From Octopus sinensis (Eukaryota): DNA of 26,798 nucleotides. Positions 1 through 11,970 of this stretch are shown piece by piece. The stretch lies in the NCBI RefSeq assembly GCF_006345805.1, contig NW_021834132.1:1-26798 (forward strand). The letters are read 5' to 3'. The notes beneath the pieces were generated by a model that was not told where the DNA came from, searched no databases, and saw only the letters and a list, made by a program, of their open reading frames with translations. The translations under genes and the position numbers were made by a program. Positions within the stretch are counted from its first letter, which is position 1. Each line of letters begins with the position of its first letter.

Positions 1-1073
1 ATATACATATGCATATGCATATATGTTTTGTGTATGTGTATGTGTGTGTGTATGTGTATGTGTGTGTGCTTATACGCGTGCATACACATAGACACATATT
101 CAAATGCATATATATATGTCTGTGTGTTTGTATATGTATATGTTTATATGTGTGTGTATGTGAATGTGTTTATACACACACGTACACATACACACATGCA
201 TATAGGAGCACGCGAATGCACGTCACATCTTACTTATTCGCTTACTGCGATATTGAAAAATTCTGAAACAATTCCTCTTTGCTGAAAGAAAAAAAAACTT
301 TGGGAAATAGAAAAAAAAAAAAAAAAATCAATCAGCACAGACATATTTGCATTATTGACCAGTTATCGACAAACTGTCAACTAATTGTCTATCAGACTTT
401 GTTTACTTCGTATTTCCCCATTGATAGATTAATTTCTAGATTCAATTACGGAAAAGAAAAAAAAAATACACCAGAAAATCAAAAAACAAAAATACATCAT
501 ATCGACTCAAACAACAACAACAACAACAACAAAAGCAAAACTAGCAACACCAAACAAAAAAAAATAATAGTAAATAAATAAACATAAATAAACATTGAAA
601 ACTACAGAAGCAAAACCTTGTAGAATATTGAAATGAAACAAGACAATATCAAAAACAACATCGTCAGCAACAACAAGAACATCGGCAATGAGAACAGCTA
701 TGAGGTTACAGCAAAACGATAAGAAAGAAAAAATATACGGAGAAATAAGATGGAGAAGAAAATAAAAACTGCAAAACTGAACAAAGAGGAAGAGCGAAAA
801 ACAGCGTCCATCAATAGACATACATATGCAGTTACACAGTTACAGTATATTGTAACTGAATGGTGGCACGCAAGACTTATACATTTTAAATTCACATGCA
901 AAAAACGTAAACACGTGGATGCTGCGTATGTATATATAACGTGTGTATACATGTATGTATATATAAAATGTCTACGTGTGTGTGTGTGTGTGTGCATACA
1001 ATAACACACACACACACATATATATATATATACGTGTATATATATGTGTTTGTATGCTTTTATATATATGTAT

Positions 1074-1241
1074 AGGCGTGGCTGTGTGGTAAGAAGCTTC
1101 GTTACCAACCACATGGTTCCGCGTTCATCCCAACTGTGTGGCACCTTGGGCCAGTGTCTTCTACTATAGCCTCGGCCTGACCGATACCTTGTGAGTGGAT
1201 TTGGTAGAAGAAACTGAAAGAAACCCGTTGTATATAATTAT

Positions 1242-1307
<66 letters not shown>

Positions 1308-1540
1308 ATGTGTGTGCGTGTGTATGTATGTATACGTTTTTGTATCTGTGTTTGTCCCCCACCATCGCTTGACAACCGTTGTTGGTGTGTTTACGTCCCC
1401 ATAACTTAGCGGTTCGGTAAAAAAAAGACCGGTGGGATACGTACGAGGCTTACAAAAAATAAGTCCTGGGGTCGATTTGCTCGACTAAAGGCGGTGCTCC
1501 AGCATGGCCGCAGTCAAATAACCGAGACAAATAAAAGAAT
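1074..1540 (+). mobile_element. SINE family A, diverged near-full-length copy
   Basis: tRNA-like head (TGGCTGTGTGG, degenerate B box GTTCATCCC), CCTTGGGCCAGTG segment, internal (TA)n(TG)n, 3' module ending CCAGCATGGCCGCAGTCAAAT; aligns by eye with the copies at 8046 and 10416. Confidence 0.9.
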
Positions 1541-1641
1541 AGATGAATATATATATATATATATATATATAACATGCAAATATATACACGAATATGTATA
1601 TAAATATATATTTTCCTACATATTCTTATACACCGTATATA

Positions 1642-1785
1642 CAGTAATCCCTCGGGTGTCACGTTTCAAAACCTCTCATAGAAATACTGAGAAGTCGGCT
1701 ATATAATTTTACAAATATTACTAAGAAGAATCCGCGATGTACAGAGTGCGCGATAGGTGAACCGTGATATAGCGATAGATTACCG
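1642..1785. mobile_element. Tc1/mariner (Tigger/pogo-like) MITE, degenerate
   Basis: TA|CAGTAATCCCTCG ... CGATAGATTACCG|TA imperfect TIRs with TA flanks; related to 21631-21806. Confidence 0.65.
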
Positions 1786-1786
1786 T

Positions 1787-1820
<34 letters not shown>

Positions 1821-1826
1821 ATATAT

Positions 1827-1872
<46 letters not shown>

Positions 1873-2232
1873 ATATATATTATATATATATCATAAATGT
1901 ACGTACTCACAGATTCACTACCTCTCTACACACACTAGCGAGAATGCGATGTGATATAAGTTCCGGTTATTAGTGTTGTGAGTTCAAATCCAATTGAATT
2001 CAACTTGGTTTTTTAATCGATAACTTATTTGAACACTGTCTCTCATTCTGGTTTTCACATCCTGAATATTCAAAGATTCTAACTGTCGGACTGCCTTAAA
2101 ACCTTCAACCAAAACATGGGGCTTCCTGATTTCAAGTCATTGTAGTGATAAATCATAGTGATTTTCTGAGTGATAAATCATAGAAACAGATAATCTATCT
2201 GTCTGTATTTATGTATGCCTGTTTCTGTGTAC

Positions 2233-2294
<62 letters not shown>

Positions 2295-2310
2295 GTCTGT
2301 CTAGCTATCT
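2233..2310. repeat. (TATC)n microsatellite
   Basis: Direct inspection. Confidence 0.95.
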
Positions 2311-3037
2311 AAATACGTACACATACACACTTACACACACACACACACATACACACAAATGAACATAAAGATATACTCTTGTACCTTCAGCATATAATAC
2401 AGATACCTGCTGTTGTTGTCTATTGTTCATTAAAAACAGGTCAGGGATGGGCTGCTCATTCTTAGCTATGATGTCTGTTTAGTCGGGATAATCTTAGGAT
2501 GTGTTGAACAGCATCCACCTTTTTGAAAATCTTCAGGTGAAACCTCCCGCTTAAGAATACCAGCGTGAATTTTTCGCCATCAGTTTGGGAGACTTTCTGA
2601 AAGGTCGTAGTCGCTGCTTACCTTCCTAAGAAGACAGGTATGGAGGTGTGTTTATATCTATATAGCTGTATGCTTACGTATATATATTGCGCACAGAAAA
2701 GCTTAATATGGCGCAGTAATACAGTTAACCGTCGTTTCGTTAATGTTATATCAAAAATGAATTATGCTTGATCTTCGAGAATATCTCCCTCTTCTCAATC
2801 GGAATTGCAACCAAAGCATTGCTCTAAACTTCTTTGTAGATGACAAAATTTCAATAAATAAGAAATGTATCTGGTATGTTATTTAACACACAAGCACGTG
2901 TGCGCATGCACAAGCACACATACATACACATACATATATAAACACATACATATATATATATATATAGTCAATTAAAAAAAAAAGAATATAAGAAAACGAA
3001 AAAGAAAGAAGCGTGAGGATTGGAGGAAATAGAGAGT

Positions 3038-3075
3038 TGTTTTAAGTTTCGAACACATAGCTCTTCGTCGGATAC
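3038..3075 (-). other. Degenerate hammerhead-like motif of Penelope-like repeat type
   Basis: Minus strand reads CCGACGA-A-GAGC-tatgt-GTTC-GAAAC-TTAA; U4 and the cleavage triplet are mutated, so probably inactive. Confidence 0.4.
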
Positions 3076-3252
3076 AAGAAAAACAGGAAAGTCCAGAAAG
3101 AAAGAAGGAAGAAGAAGACGGTTTGTGTGTGCGCGCCGCGTGTGTGTGAGTATCACAGTTCCTTTTGTAGACGTGTAGTACACTACAACTATCAAAGTGT
3201 ATTGTTATAGAAATATGTGAAACGGTGAACAAAAGACGAGGTACCTTCGACA

Positions 3253-3359
3253 AGTCACCTGATGAGACACATCTGCACCTATGATGCACCACAGTTACTT
3301 GTACAGCATCTAACCTGCGAGGTGCCAGTGCACGATGGGTCGAAACGATCGTAGTGAAT
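3253..3359 (+). ncRNA. Type I hammerhead ribozyme motif with extended stem II
   Basis: Stem I TCAC/GTGA; core CTGATGA (3259-3265); stem II GAC...GTC extended by CATC/GATG, TGCAC/GTGCA, GCACC/GGTGC; GAAA (3342-3345); stem III AC-GATC-GT; GTA cleavage triplet (3351-3353); AATAAA immediately downstream. Confidence 0.8.
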
Positions 3360-3636
3360 AAAGTCTCGTGAAATCCATTTTCTTTCTCTCATGTTTTTTA
3401 TTTTATATATATATATTTTTTATATACATGAGTGTTTATGTGTGTGTGTGTGTGTGCGTGTGTGTGTGGACAAATAGGACTAATGAAAATATCATACAAC
3501 ATAAATTAGTCTTATAGAAAAGAGAGCACATTTATGGCGTAGGTATTTAGCAGAACTGAAATAAAAACAACGGGCTCAATGTAGCCAGTGGCATGCATAT
3601 TCAGAGACTGACAGACACTTAAATAGGAGCTGAAAT

Positions 3637-3759
3637 TACAGTCTGTTGCTACTCCGAGATTCTCGTCATTCGTTACACAAGAAAATGCTGGTAATCCGGC
3701 TTCCATTTGTGAAATCAGAGCGGAAACGCGAAACTCGGAGGAGTAGCACAAACATTGTA
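3637..3759. repeat. Imperfect ~120-bp foldback hairpin (possible old MITE)
   Basis: TGCTACTCC/GGAGTAGCA, CCGAG/CTCGG, CACAA/TTGTG and GCTGG-taat-CCGGC pair in register; ends TACA...TGTA. Confidence 0.5.
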
Positions 3760-3773
3760 CGATAAACAATTAC

Positions 3774-4186
3774 ACTCTTTACTCTTTTACTTGTTTCAGT
3801 CATTTGACTGCAGCCATGCTGGAGCACCGCCTTTAGTCGAGCAAATCGACCCCGGGACTTATTCTTTGTAAGCCCAGTACTTATTCTATCGGTCTCTGTT
3901 GCCGAACCGCTAAGTGACGGGGACGTAAACACACCAGCATCGGTTGTCAAGCAATGCTAGGGGGACAAACACAGACACACAAACATATACACACACACTT
4001 ATATATATATATACATATATATACGACAGGCTTCTTTCAGTTTCCGTCTACCAAATCCACTCACAAGGCATTGGTCGGCCCGGGGCTATAGCAGAAGACA
4101 CTTGCCCAAGATGCCACGCAGTGGGACTGAACCCGGAACCATGTGGTTGGTTAGCAAGCTACTTACCACACAGCCACCCCTGCGCC
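3774..4186 (-). mobile_element. SINE family A, full-length young copy
   Basis: Reverse complement is nearly identical to the 8046 copy apart from microsatellite length; GAGTAAAA-type tail at the left end. Confidence 0.95.
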
Positions 4187-4654
4187 TTTCTCTCTCTTTT
4201 TTTTTTTTGAATTTTAGTACACTCACCTACACATGCACACAACACTGTTGTCATAGCAACTCAGGCAACGTGGAATTTGTTCTTTTCCTAGAAGCACAAC
4301 GAGAATGTGTCGATCGGATTCGAACTGACGCACCTTCAGTTTGATAACCTTATAATATATTTAGTCGGACATATGGCGCCTACATGCTTTTGTTTATACA
4401 TAGGAACATAAAGGAACAAACTCGTATATACATACGCATATATACACACATATATACACACAATACACACACATATACATGTGTGTGTGTGTGTGTGTGT
4501 CTATGTGTATACATACAGGCATAACTTGTACAAATTTGTTAGCTGCTGATATATATACACACACGTACGCATGTATAAAAATCATATATACACGAACGTA
4601 TGCATCTACACACACACATACACACATAAGCACACATAGGCACAGAGGCACACA

Positions 4655-4689
<35 letters not shown>

Positions 4690-4914
4690 TAAACACGCGT
4701 ACAACATACAAATCTGTCGCTCGAGTCACACATTTACTCACTGCTGGTGCACGCGCTTCTCGCATCCACCCACATATATTTCACGTCGTACACGCGCACA
4801 AACACACACACATACACACACCTACACGCTCACACACGTGTACACACATCCACGCGCGCGCGCACTCACACATCATACATATGTACATCGATATACTGTA
4901 TTCTCTGTTACAGG

Positions 4915-4925
4915 AGATAGATAGG

Positions 4926-4986
<61 letters not shown>

Positions 4987-4998
4987 GGATAGATAGAT

Positions 4999-5076
<78 letters not shown>

Positions 5077-5095
5077 TAAAGATGGATAGATAGAT

Positions 5096-5132
<37 letters not shown>

Positions 5133-5163
5133 GATAGAAAGATAGTTAGATGTATAGATAGAT

Positions 5164-5211
<48 letters not shown>

Positions 5212-5330
5212 ATCTATCTATCCATCTAACTATCTATTTATATATATATCCATCTATCTATAGATAGATAGATAGATGGATGTATATATATGTATACCCT
5301 TTATATATATCAATAGATAGATAGATAGAA

Positions 5331-5383
<53 letters not shown>

Positions 5384-5395
5384 AGATAGATAGAT
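4915..5395. repeat. Compound (GATA)n/(TA)n/(TATC)n/(GA)n microsatellite with internal inversions
   Basis: Direct inspection; strand polarity switches across the (TA)n at ~5167-5208 and at 5260/5261. Confidence 0.9.
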
Positions 5396-6068
5396 AAAAA
5401 GAGCGGGAGAGAGAAGGGGCAGAAAGAGTAAGAAGGAGAGAAGGAAGGTGATAGAGAGGAGGAGGGAGGGAGGGAAGGAGGCTATGAGGAGGCACCGACT
5501 GGTACTAGGTTTCGTAGTTGCTCGCCTGTCAAACGATGGGATTGTGGAAATCCAAAACCGTGTGGCTGCTAGCGCCTCAATCTGTAAAGACCCCATTTAA
5601 ACAGTTCCCATGTCACATGTCAGGGCACACTCTAGTCTTGTAAAAAGAAGGAAAGGTGGCGTCAAGATGCGTAAACAGGCGGACTAATCCGTAGAGCCAA
5701 GCGTTGAGGACTGTCATTTAAATCACTTAATGCTGTCGAGAATTCTCTGTATTTGTTGTTGTTCTTGTTGTTGTTCTTGTTTTCTTTTTTTATTATTGTT
5801 TGTTTTTAGAGCGGCGGATTCTGTTGTTGTTGTTGTTCTTGTTGTTGTTTATGTTGATATTGTCGGTGCTGTTATTATTGTTATTAGTGGTTGTTTTCAT
5901 TTTGTTATTGGTGTTGTTTTTAGTTGTTTGTTTTTTGTTTTATTTTATATTTTGCCTCAAAGCAAGTGTGAACAACGCATCACACAAAATGGCTACCCCT
6001 ATTGTCTTTCATTTAACGGTCTGCGCTTGCGTATGTGCGTCTGCGGAAGCGTATATTATATGTATGTG

Positions 6069-6125
<57 letters not shown>

Positions 6126-6155
6126 TTATGCATGCACGTTGTATGTGTCTGCATT

Positions 6156-6198
<43 letters not shown>

Positions 6199-6242
6199 CT
6201 ATCTATCTATCTATCTATCTATTATCTCTTATCTATCTATCT

Positions 6243-6273
<31 letters not shown>

Positions 6274-6458
6274 CTTTTCTATCTACCGGATATCACGCAA
6301 TCTCTCTCCCCTTCTCTCTGTGTATATGTGAAAAGAAGAAGCACATACAACCCACACAAAAATAAAAAAAGACTTCAGTGGATAGGTTTATACGCATACA
6401 CACACCCATATATATATACACACACACAGACACACACACACACATATATGTATGCATG

Positions 6459-6513
<55 letters not shown>

Positions 6514-7085
6514 GATGCATGTGTTTTTACACACACAAACGCACACGCATATATAATATATACACATACAAATGTATAGAGGTATTTATAGCCCTCCCTC
6601 TGTCTCTTCTTCTTTTCTCTCTCCTCCCTCCCCTCTCTCGGTATATAATATATATGTATATGTGTGTACATATATATGTATATATATTATATACTATTAT
6701 ATATATATATATATATTGTAATGTATGTATAGATATATATATATATAATATATACATATTACATACGTACGTACATACATATACAGTCACCTTTATATAA
6801 CCACACAGACCAAATCATTGTCCTACATGCATATGAACACACACACACACACACATATATATATATGTGTTTGTGTTTGTGTGTGTCTACTCGTGCGTGT
6901 GTAAAATTATGTGTGTGTAAGTGTATTTGTAAACGTATGCATGTGTGCATCTATGTGTCAATGATACACACACGGTTTACGCGATGCTTTTATCAAATCA
7001 GTTTTTCAAAGACTAAATCTTTCTTTTGTTTTTTTACTCCTGATGTTACACTTTATAGTGTTTTTAAACTTCGGCATTTTTTCTC

Positions 7086-7325
7086 CTTGTTGTTGTTGTT
7101 GTTACTGTTATTTAATTTTATTCATCTATTTTTTTTTCTTCCTCTTTTTTGATTGTCTGAATTTGATAGGTTCTTTGTTTTCTTCTTCTTCTTCCTCTTC
7201 TCATTCTTCTTCTCTTCTTCTTCTTCTTCTTCTTACTATCATCATCATCATCATCATTATTAGCATTAGGTACAGCAGCAAAATCATCATCAGCGTCAGC
7301 ATCCTCGCTATCATCGCTATTGATG

Positions 7326-7394
<69 letters not shown>

Positions 7395-7680
7395 GATATA
7401 ATCATTATCGTTGTTGTAATTGTATGTGTGTACCAGAGTTGCTTGCCCTTGTTTGTTTTGTTGTAACAATTGATGGCGGCTGTGGCGATGGTGGTGAAGG
7501 TAAATACCTGGTGGATTACTTTCATTCTTCTTCTTCTTCTTCTTTCCCTCCTTCTCCTCCTTCACCTCCTCCTCCTTCTGATCACCACCATCATCATCAT
7601 CATCGTGGTCGCCGTCATCATCATCCTCATCATCATCGTCACAATCACCACCACCACCACCACCACCACCACCACCAACA

Positions 7681-7711
<31 letters not shown>

Positions 7712-7750
7712 CAACAACCAGAACAGCTTCTTCTTCCTCCTCTTCTTCAA
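7086..7750. repeat. Trinucleotide repeat mosaic (TTG, CTT, CAT, ATT, CCT, CAC)
   Basis: Direct inspection; gives homopolymeric ORFs on both strands. Confidence 0.9.
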
Positions 7751-8045
7751 ATGCCATTTTCAATCTCCAAAAATGAAAACAGACAGCAACCATAAAAAAA
7801 GAAAGAAAGAAAAAATGCAATAAAAAATAAGCGTTATTTACAAACAACCAATAATAACCGTTGAACACCGTGCGGACATCATAACTAGTCTCGCTGGTAC
7901 ACACTTTCTCTACGTAAACTGTAAGAGAATGTGTCTATATACGAGTGTGAACGCGTGCGTCTCTGCGCGTATGTCTCTGCTTGTATATGAGTGCCTGAGT
8001 GGATCATGTAATTGTACACGTGTGTATGTGTGTATATATATATAT

Positions 8046-8214
8046 GGCGCAGGAGTGGCTGTGTGGTAAGTAGCTTGCTAACCAACCACATGGTTCCGGG
8101 TTCAGTCCCACTGCGTGGCATCTTGAGCAAGTGTCTTCTGCTATAGCCCCGGGCCGACCAATGCCTTGTGAGTGGATTTGGTAGACGGAAACTGAAAGAA
8201 GCCTGCCGTATATA

Positions 8215-8251
<37 letters not shown>

Positions 8252-8480
8252 GTGTGTGTGTGTGTGTGTGTTTGTGTGTCTGTGTTTGTCCCCCTAGCAT
8301 TGCTTGACAACCGATGCTGGTGTGGTTACGTCCCCGTCACTTAGCGGTTCGGCAAAAGAGACCGATAGAATAAGTACTGGGCTTACAAAGAATAAGTCCC
8401 GGGGTCGATTTGCTCGACTAAAGGCGGTGCTCCAGCATGGCCGCAGTCAAATGACTGAAACAAGTAAAAGAGTAAAAGAG
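8046..8480 (+). mobile_element. SINE family A, full-length young copy
   Basis: GGCGCAGGAGTGGCTGTGTGG head, B box GGTTCAGTCCC, internal (TA)n(TG)n, tail AAGTAAAAGAGTAAAAGAG; sits between microsatellites. Confidence 0.95.
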
Positions 8481-9175
8481 ATGTGTGTGTGTGTGTGTGT
8501 ACGAGTAAAAGCGGTATTTCTTTAGTTGTTGTTACTGTTATCGGCGAAGGTGCTGTGGTTCTTGTTCATTTTCTCATTGCCATTGCAAGCAACCGATTGA
8601 CTTTCTCATTTAGCTTTCACACTCAAAATGGCGGTTAATGGTGTCCAGGTGAGAATATATTCACCACCGACTGAGTTAATTCTTCCCTAGACACTGTTGT
8701 TCATGTGCGAGTATATAGAAACACGATGCATATACACACACATACATACACACACACACGCACAAATAAATGTACACACATACAAACACACGTATATTTA
8801 TGTACAACGCGTATATTTATGTACATACAAACATACATACATACATACATATATACATACATACATACATGCATACATACATACATACATACGTACATAC
8901 ATACACACATACATACTTCTACACATTCATTTTAATGAATTTTAATTACCTTTTTCTGATGATATCTCAAAAGAAAAATCAATTTTAGCAAAACATATTC
9001 AGCAACACTAATAATAAATTAAAAAAAACATAAAAATAAACAAGGTTTTGACGGTTTTATAGATATTTCAAAATTATGATGCTACGTATATATGTATATA
9101 TGATGTTATGTATATATATGATTTTATGTATATATATTATATATATATATTATATTATATATGTATGTGCGTGCG

Positions 9176-9239
9176 TATGTATGTATGTATGTATGTATAT
9201 ATGTATGTATGTATGTATGTATATATGTATGCATGTATG

Positions 9240-9273
<34 letters not shown>

Positions 9274-9400
9274 TGTATGTATGTATGTATGTATGTATGC
9301 ATGTATGTATGTATGTATGAATGTATGTATGTATGTATGCATGTATATATGTATGTATGTATGTATGTATGCATGTATGTATGTATATTTATGTATGTAT
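9176..9400. repeat. (TATG)n microsatellite
   Basis: Direct inspection. Confidence 0.95.
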
Positions 9401-9867
9401 ATTTATGTGTGTATATAATTCGATTCTGAAGTCATATGACGGACGCCTTTAAACAACCTCATTGATTGTTTACCTGTATTTACCTTTCTCTGTCTCTCTC
9501 GCGTTTTAAGTTTTTTTTTTTTATTAGCCTATATTTTCTTTTGCTGAAACAATTTTTCAACATGCTAAACCTGTGGTCTTGGGTTTAGTGAGATAAAAAA
9601 TATATTTAGAAAGGAAATATTGATAAGCAACAACAGGTGAGAGATTTCACAGGTTTTAGTAGGGCCTTTCCGAAGTATAACAGTTTGTGCATGTCTATAT
9701 CCAGGCGTATCTATCTCCACGATCTCTTTCGATCGACGCTTCATTTTTCTTTTTCACAATCCCTTTTGATCGAAATTTTATTTTTCTCCTTTTTCTTTCT
9801 TCAAAAGAAAAGCTCTACTTTATATTTTGTCCCCTCTCTATCAGACCTGTGTGGCTAATAAAGAAAC

Positions 9868-9929
<62 letters not shown>

Positions 9930-10415
9930 TAATGTATGTATGTATGTATCTATTTATCTCTTTCTCTCCCTCTTTCTCTCTCTCTCTCTCTTTCTCTTTC
10001 TTTCTCTCACTCTCTTTCTCTTTCTCTCGTTCTATCTATCTACATACATACATACAAACATACATACATACATACATACATACATACATACATACATACA
10101 TACATAAATACATACATACATACATACGTACATACATACACACATACATACATATACACATTCATTATTGAACTACAAAACTCGAGCAGACTTCAACTTC
10201 TACACAAATCAAAGAAAATTTGTAACAAATACAGAAACGAAAACACTTCAGCAAAGCTTAACTTCCATTTGAACCAAACTGACGAAGCATTTTCTATTTC
10301 CATCCGAACGCCCTTGTCCCTTTTGTGTTTTTAAAAAGTTTTTCCAAAGAGGAAGCGCCATGTTTGTAGTCAATTTTCATATTGCTGAAAAAAAGTAAGT
10401 ACAGGCGTAAGTATA

Positions 10416-10580
10416 GGCGCAGGAGTGGCTGTGTGGTAAGTAGCTTGCTAACCAACCACATGGTTCCGGGTTCAGTCCCACTGCGTGGCATCTTGGGCAA
10501 GTGTCATCTGCTATAGCCCCGGGCCGACCAATGCCTTGTGAGTGGATTTGGTAGACGGAAACTGAAAGAAGCCTGTCGTA

Positions 10581-10625
<45 letters not shown>

Positions 10626-10845
10626 TTGTGTGTCTGTGTTTATCCCCCTAGCATTGCTTGACAACCGATGCTGGTGTGTTTACGTCCCCGTTACTTAGCG
10701 GTTCGGCAAAAGAGACCGATAGAATATGTACTGGGCTTACAAAGAATAAGTCCTGGGGGTCGATTTGCTCGACTAAAGGCGGTGCTCCAGCATGGCCGCA
10801 GTCAAATGACTGAGACAAGTAAAAGAGTAAAAGAGTAAAAGAGTA
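10416..10845 (+). mobile_element. SINE family A, full-length young copy
   Basis: Same structure as the 8046 copy; three AGTAAAAG tail units. Confidence 0.95.
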
Positions 10846-10874
10846 CATATGCTGAGACGCCAACGAGAGAAGAG

Positions 10875-11105
10875 TTACCGTACGCTCACTTGCCCTTCTA
10901 GAAATAACAGCCAAAATTTTCTCGTCAAGTTGCGCTTAATGATCTTTAAAAAAAGACACATTGGATATTGTAATCCTAGATATACTGTGTTTAAAAAGGA
11001 GAGAAAAAAAAATGAGGGGCGGGATAGTGATAGCTGGAACGCCTATGCTCATAACTCTCCCAGATCGGTTCTTGCTTGGGGCTAAACGATGACGACGACG
11101 ACGAC
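10875..11105 (+). mobile_element. 3' part of an older SINE-like repeat
   Basis: Ends TGGGGCTAAAC followed by a (GAC)n tail; last ~70 bp loosely resemble 12324-12395; family assignment is from recall only. Confidence 0.4.
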
Positions 11106-11215
11106 GGCCACAGCCATTTCTTCAGCTCTGAGTTGAAGAATATTATTCTTTTGTTACATTCTTGCTAATCATCATTGACATATCTGACATCTTATAGGTT
11201 CACCTCCACTAAAAG

Positions 11216-11893
11216 CCGCCGCCGCCGCCGCCACTACCACCATCACCAATACCACCAATACCACCAATACCACCTCCAATACCACCTCCACCTCCACCAC
11301 CTCCACCCCCATCCCCACCGCTCCAGCCAGCACCACCACCACCGCCGACACCACCACCACCGCCGACACCACCACCACCGCCGACACCACCACCACCGCC
11401 GACACCACCACCACCGCCGACACCACCACCACTGCCGACACCACCACCACCACCACCACCACCACCACCACCACCACCACTACCACCATCACCAATACCA
11501 CCACCAACACCACTACGACGACGACCACCTCCACCCCACCCCCATCCCCACTGCCCCGACACCACCACCACCACCACCACCACCACCACCACCACCACCA
11601 CCACCACCGTCACCGTCACCACCAACACCACTACCACTACCACCCACACCACTATAATAAGAAAACTAACTCACTCGATTATAACCTCTACCACCACCAC
11701 CACTACCTCTACCACCACCACTACCACCACAAACATCACAAACGTCCACCACTATTACCTCGCCCGCCAGAACCCCCAAACACACGTCCCAGTAACTTGC
11801 ATCACCAACACGGCCGCCACCACCACCACCACCACCACCACCACCACCATCAACAACAACTACTACTACTACTACCACCCCACCACTACTACA

Positions 11894-11968
<75 letters not shown>

Positions 11969-11970
11969 CA
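11216..11970. repeat. (CAC)n-based low-complexity block with an 18-bp minisatellite, ending in (AAT)n
   Basis: Six tandem CACCACCACCACCGCCGA units at 11331-11438 inside CAC/CCA repeats. Confidence 0.9.

Noticed and set aside
2144-2183. 15-bp direct repeat AGTGATAAATCATAG with nearby CTGAGTGA...GAAAC
   Set aside because: Simple local duplication; core spacing is wrong for a hammerhead and it is not a CRISPR-like array.
3666-4344. Recurring peptides such as MPRSGTEPGTMWLVSK and QIHSQGIGRPG
   Set aside because: Incidental translations of a non-coding SINE; matching database 'hypothetical proteins' would be annotation artefacts.
7043-7795. 250-aa ORF, the longest in the window
   Set aside because: Concatenated homopolymer runs from trinucleotide repeats; no domain.
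8046-8120. tRNA-like A/B boxes
   Set aside because: SINE heads; no convincing full cloverleaf.
11172-11657. His/Pro-rich (+) and Gly/Val-rich (-) ORFs resembling cephalopod structural proteins
   Set aside because: The + ORF has a non-ATG start and no signal peptide; several frames are open simply because (CAC)n lacks stops.
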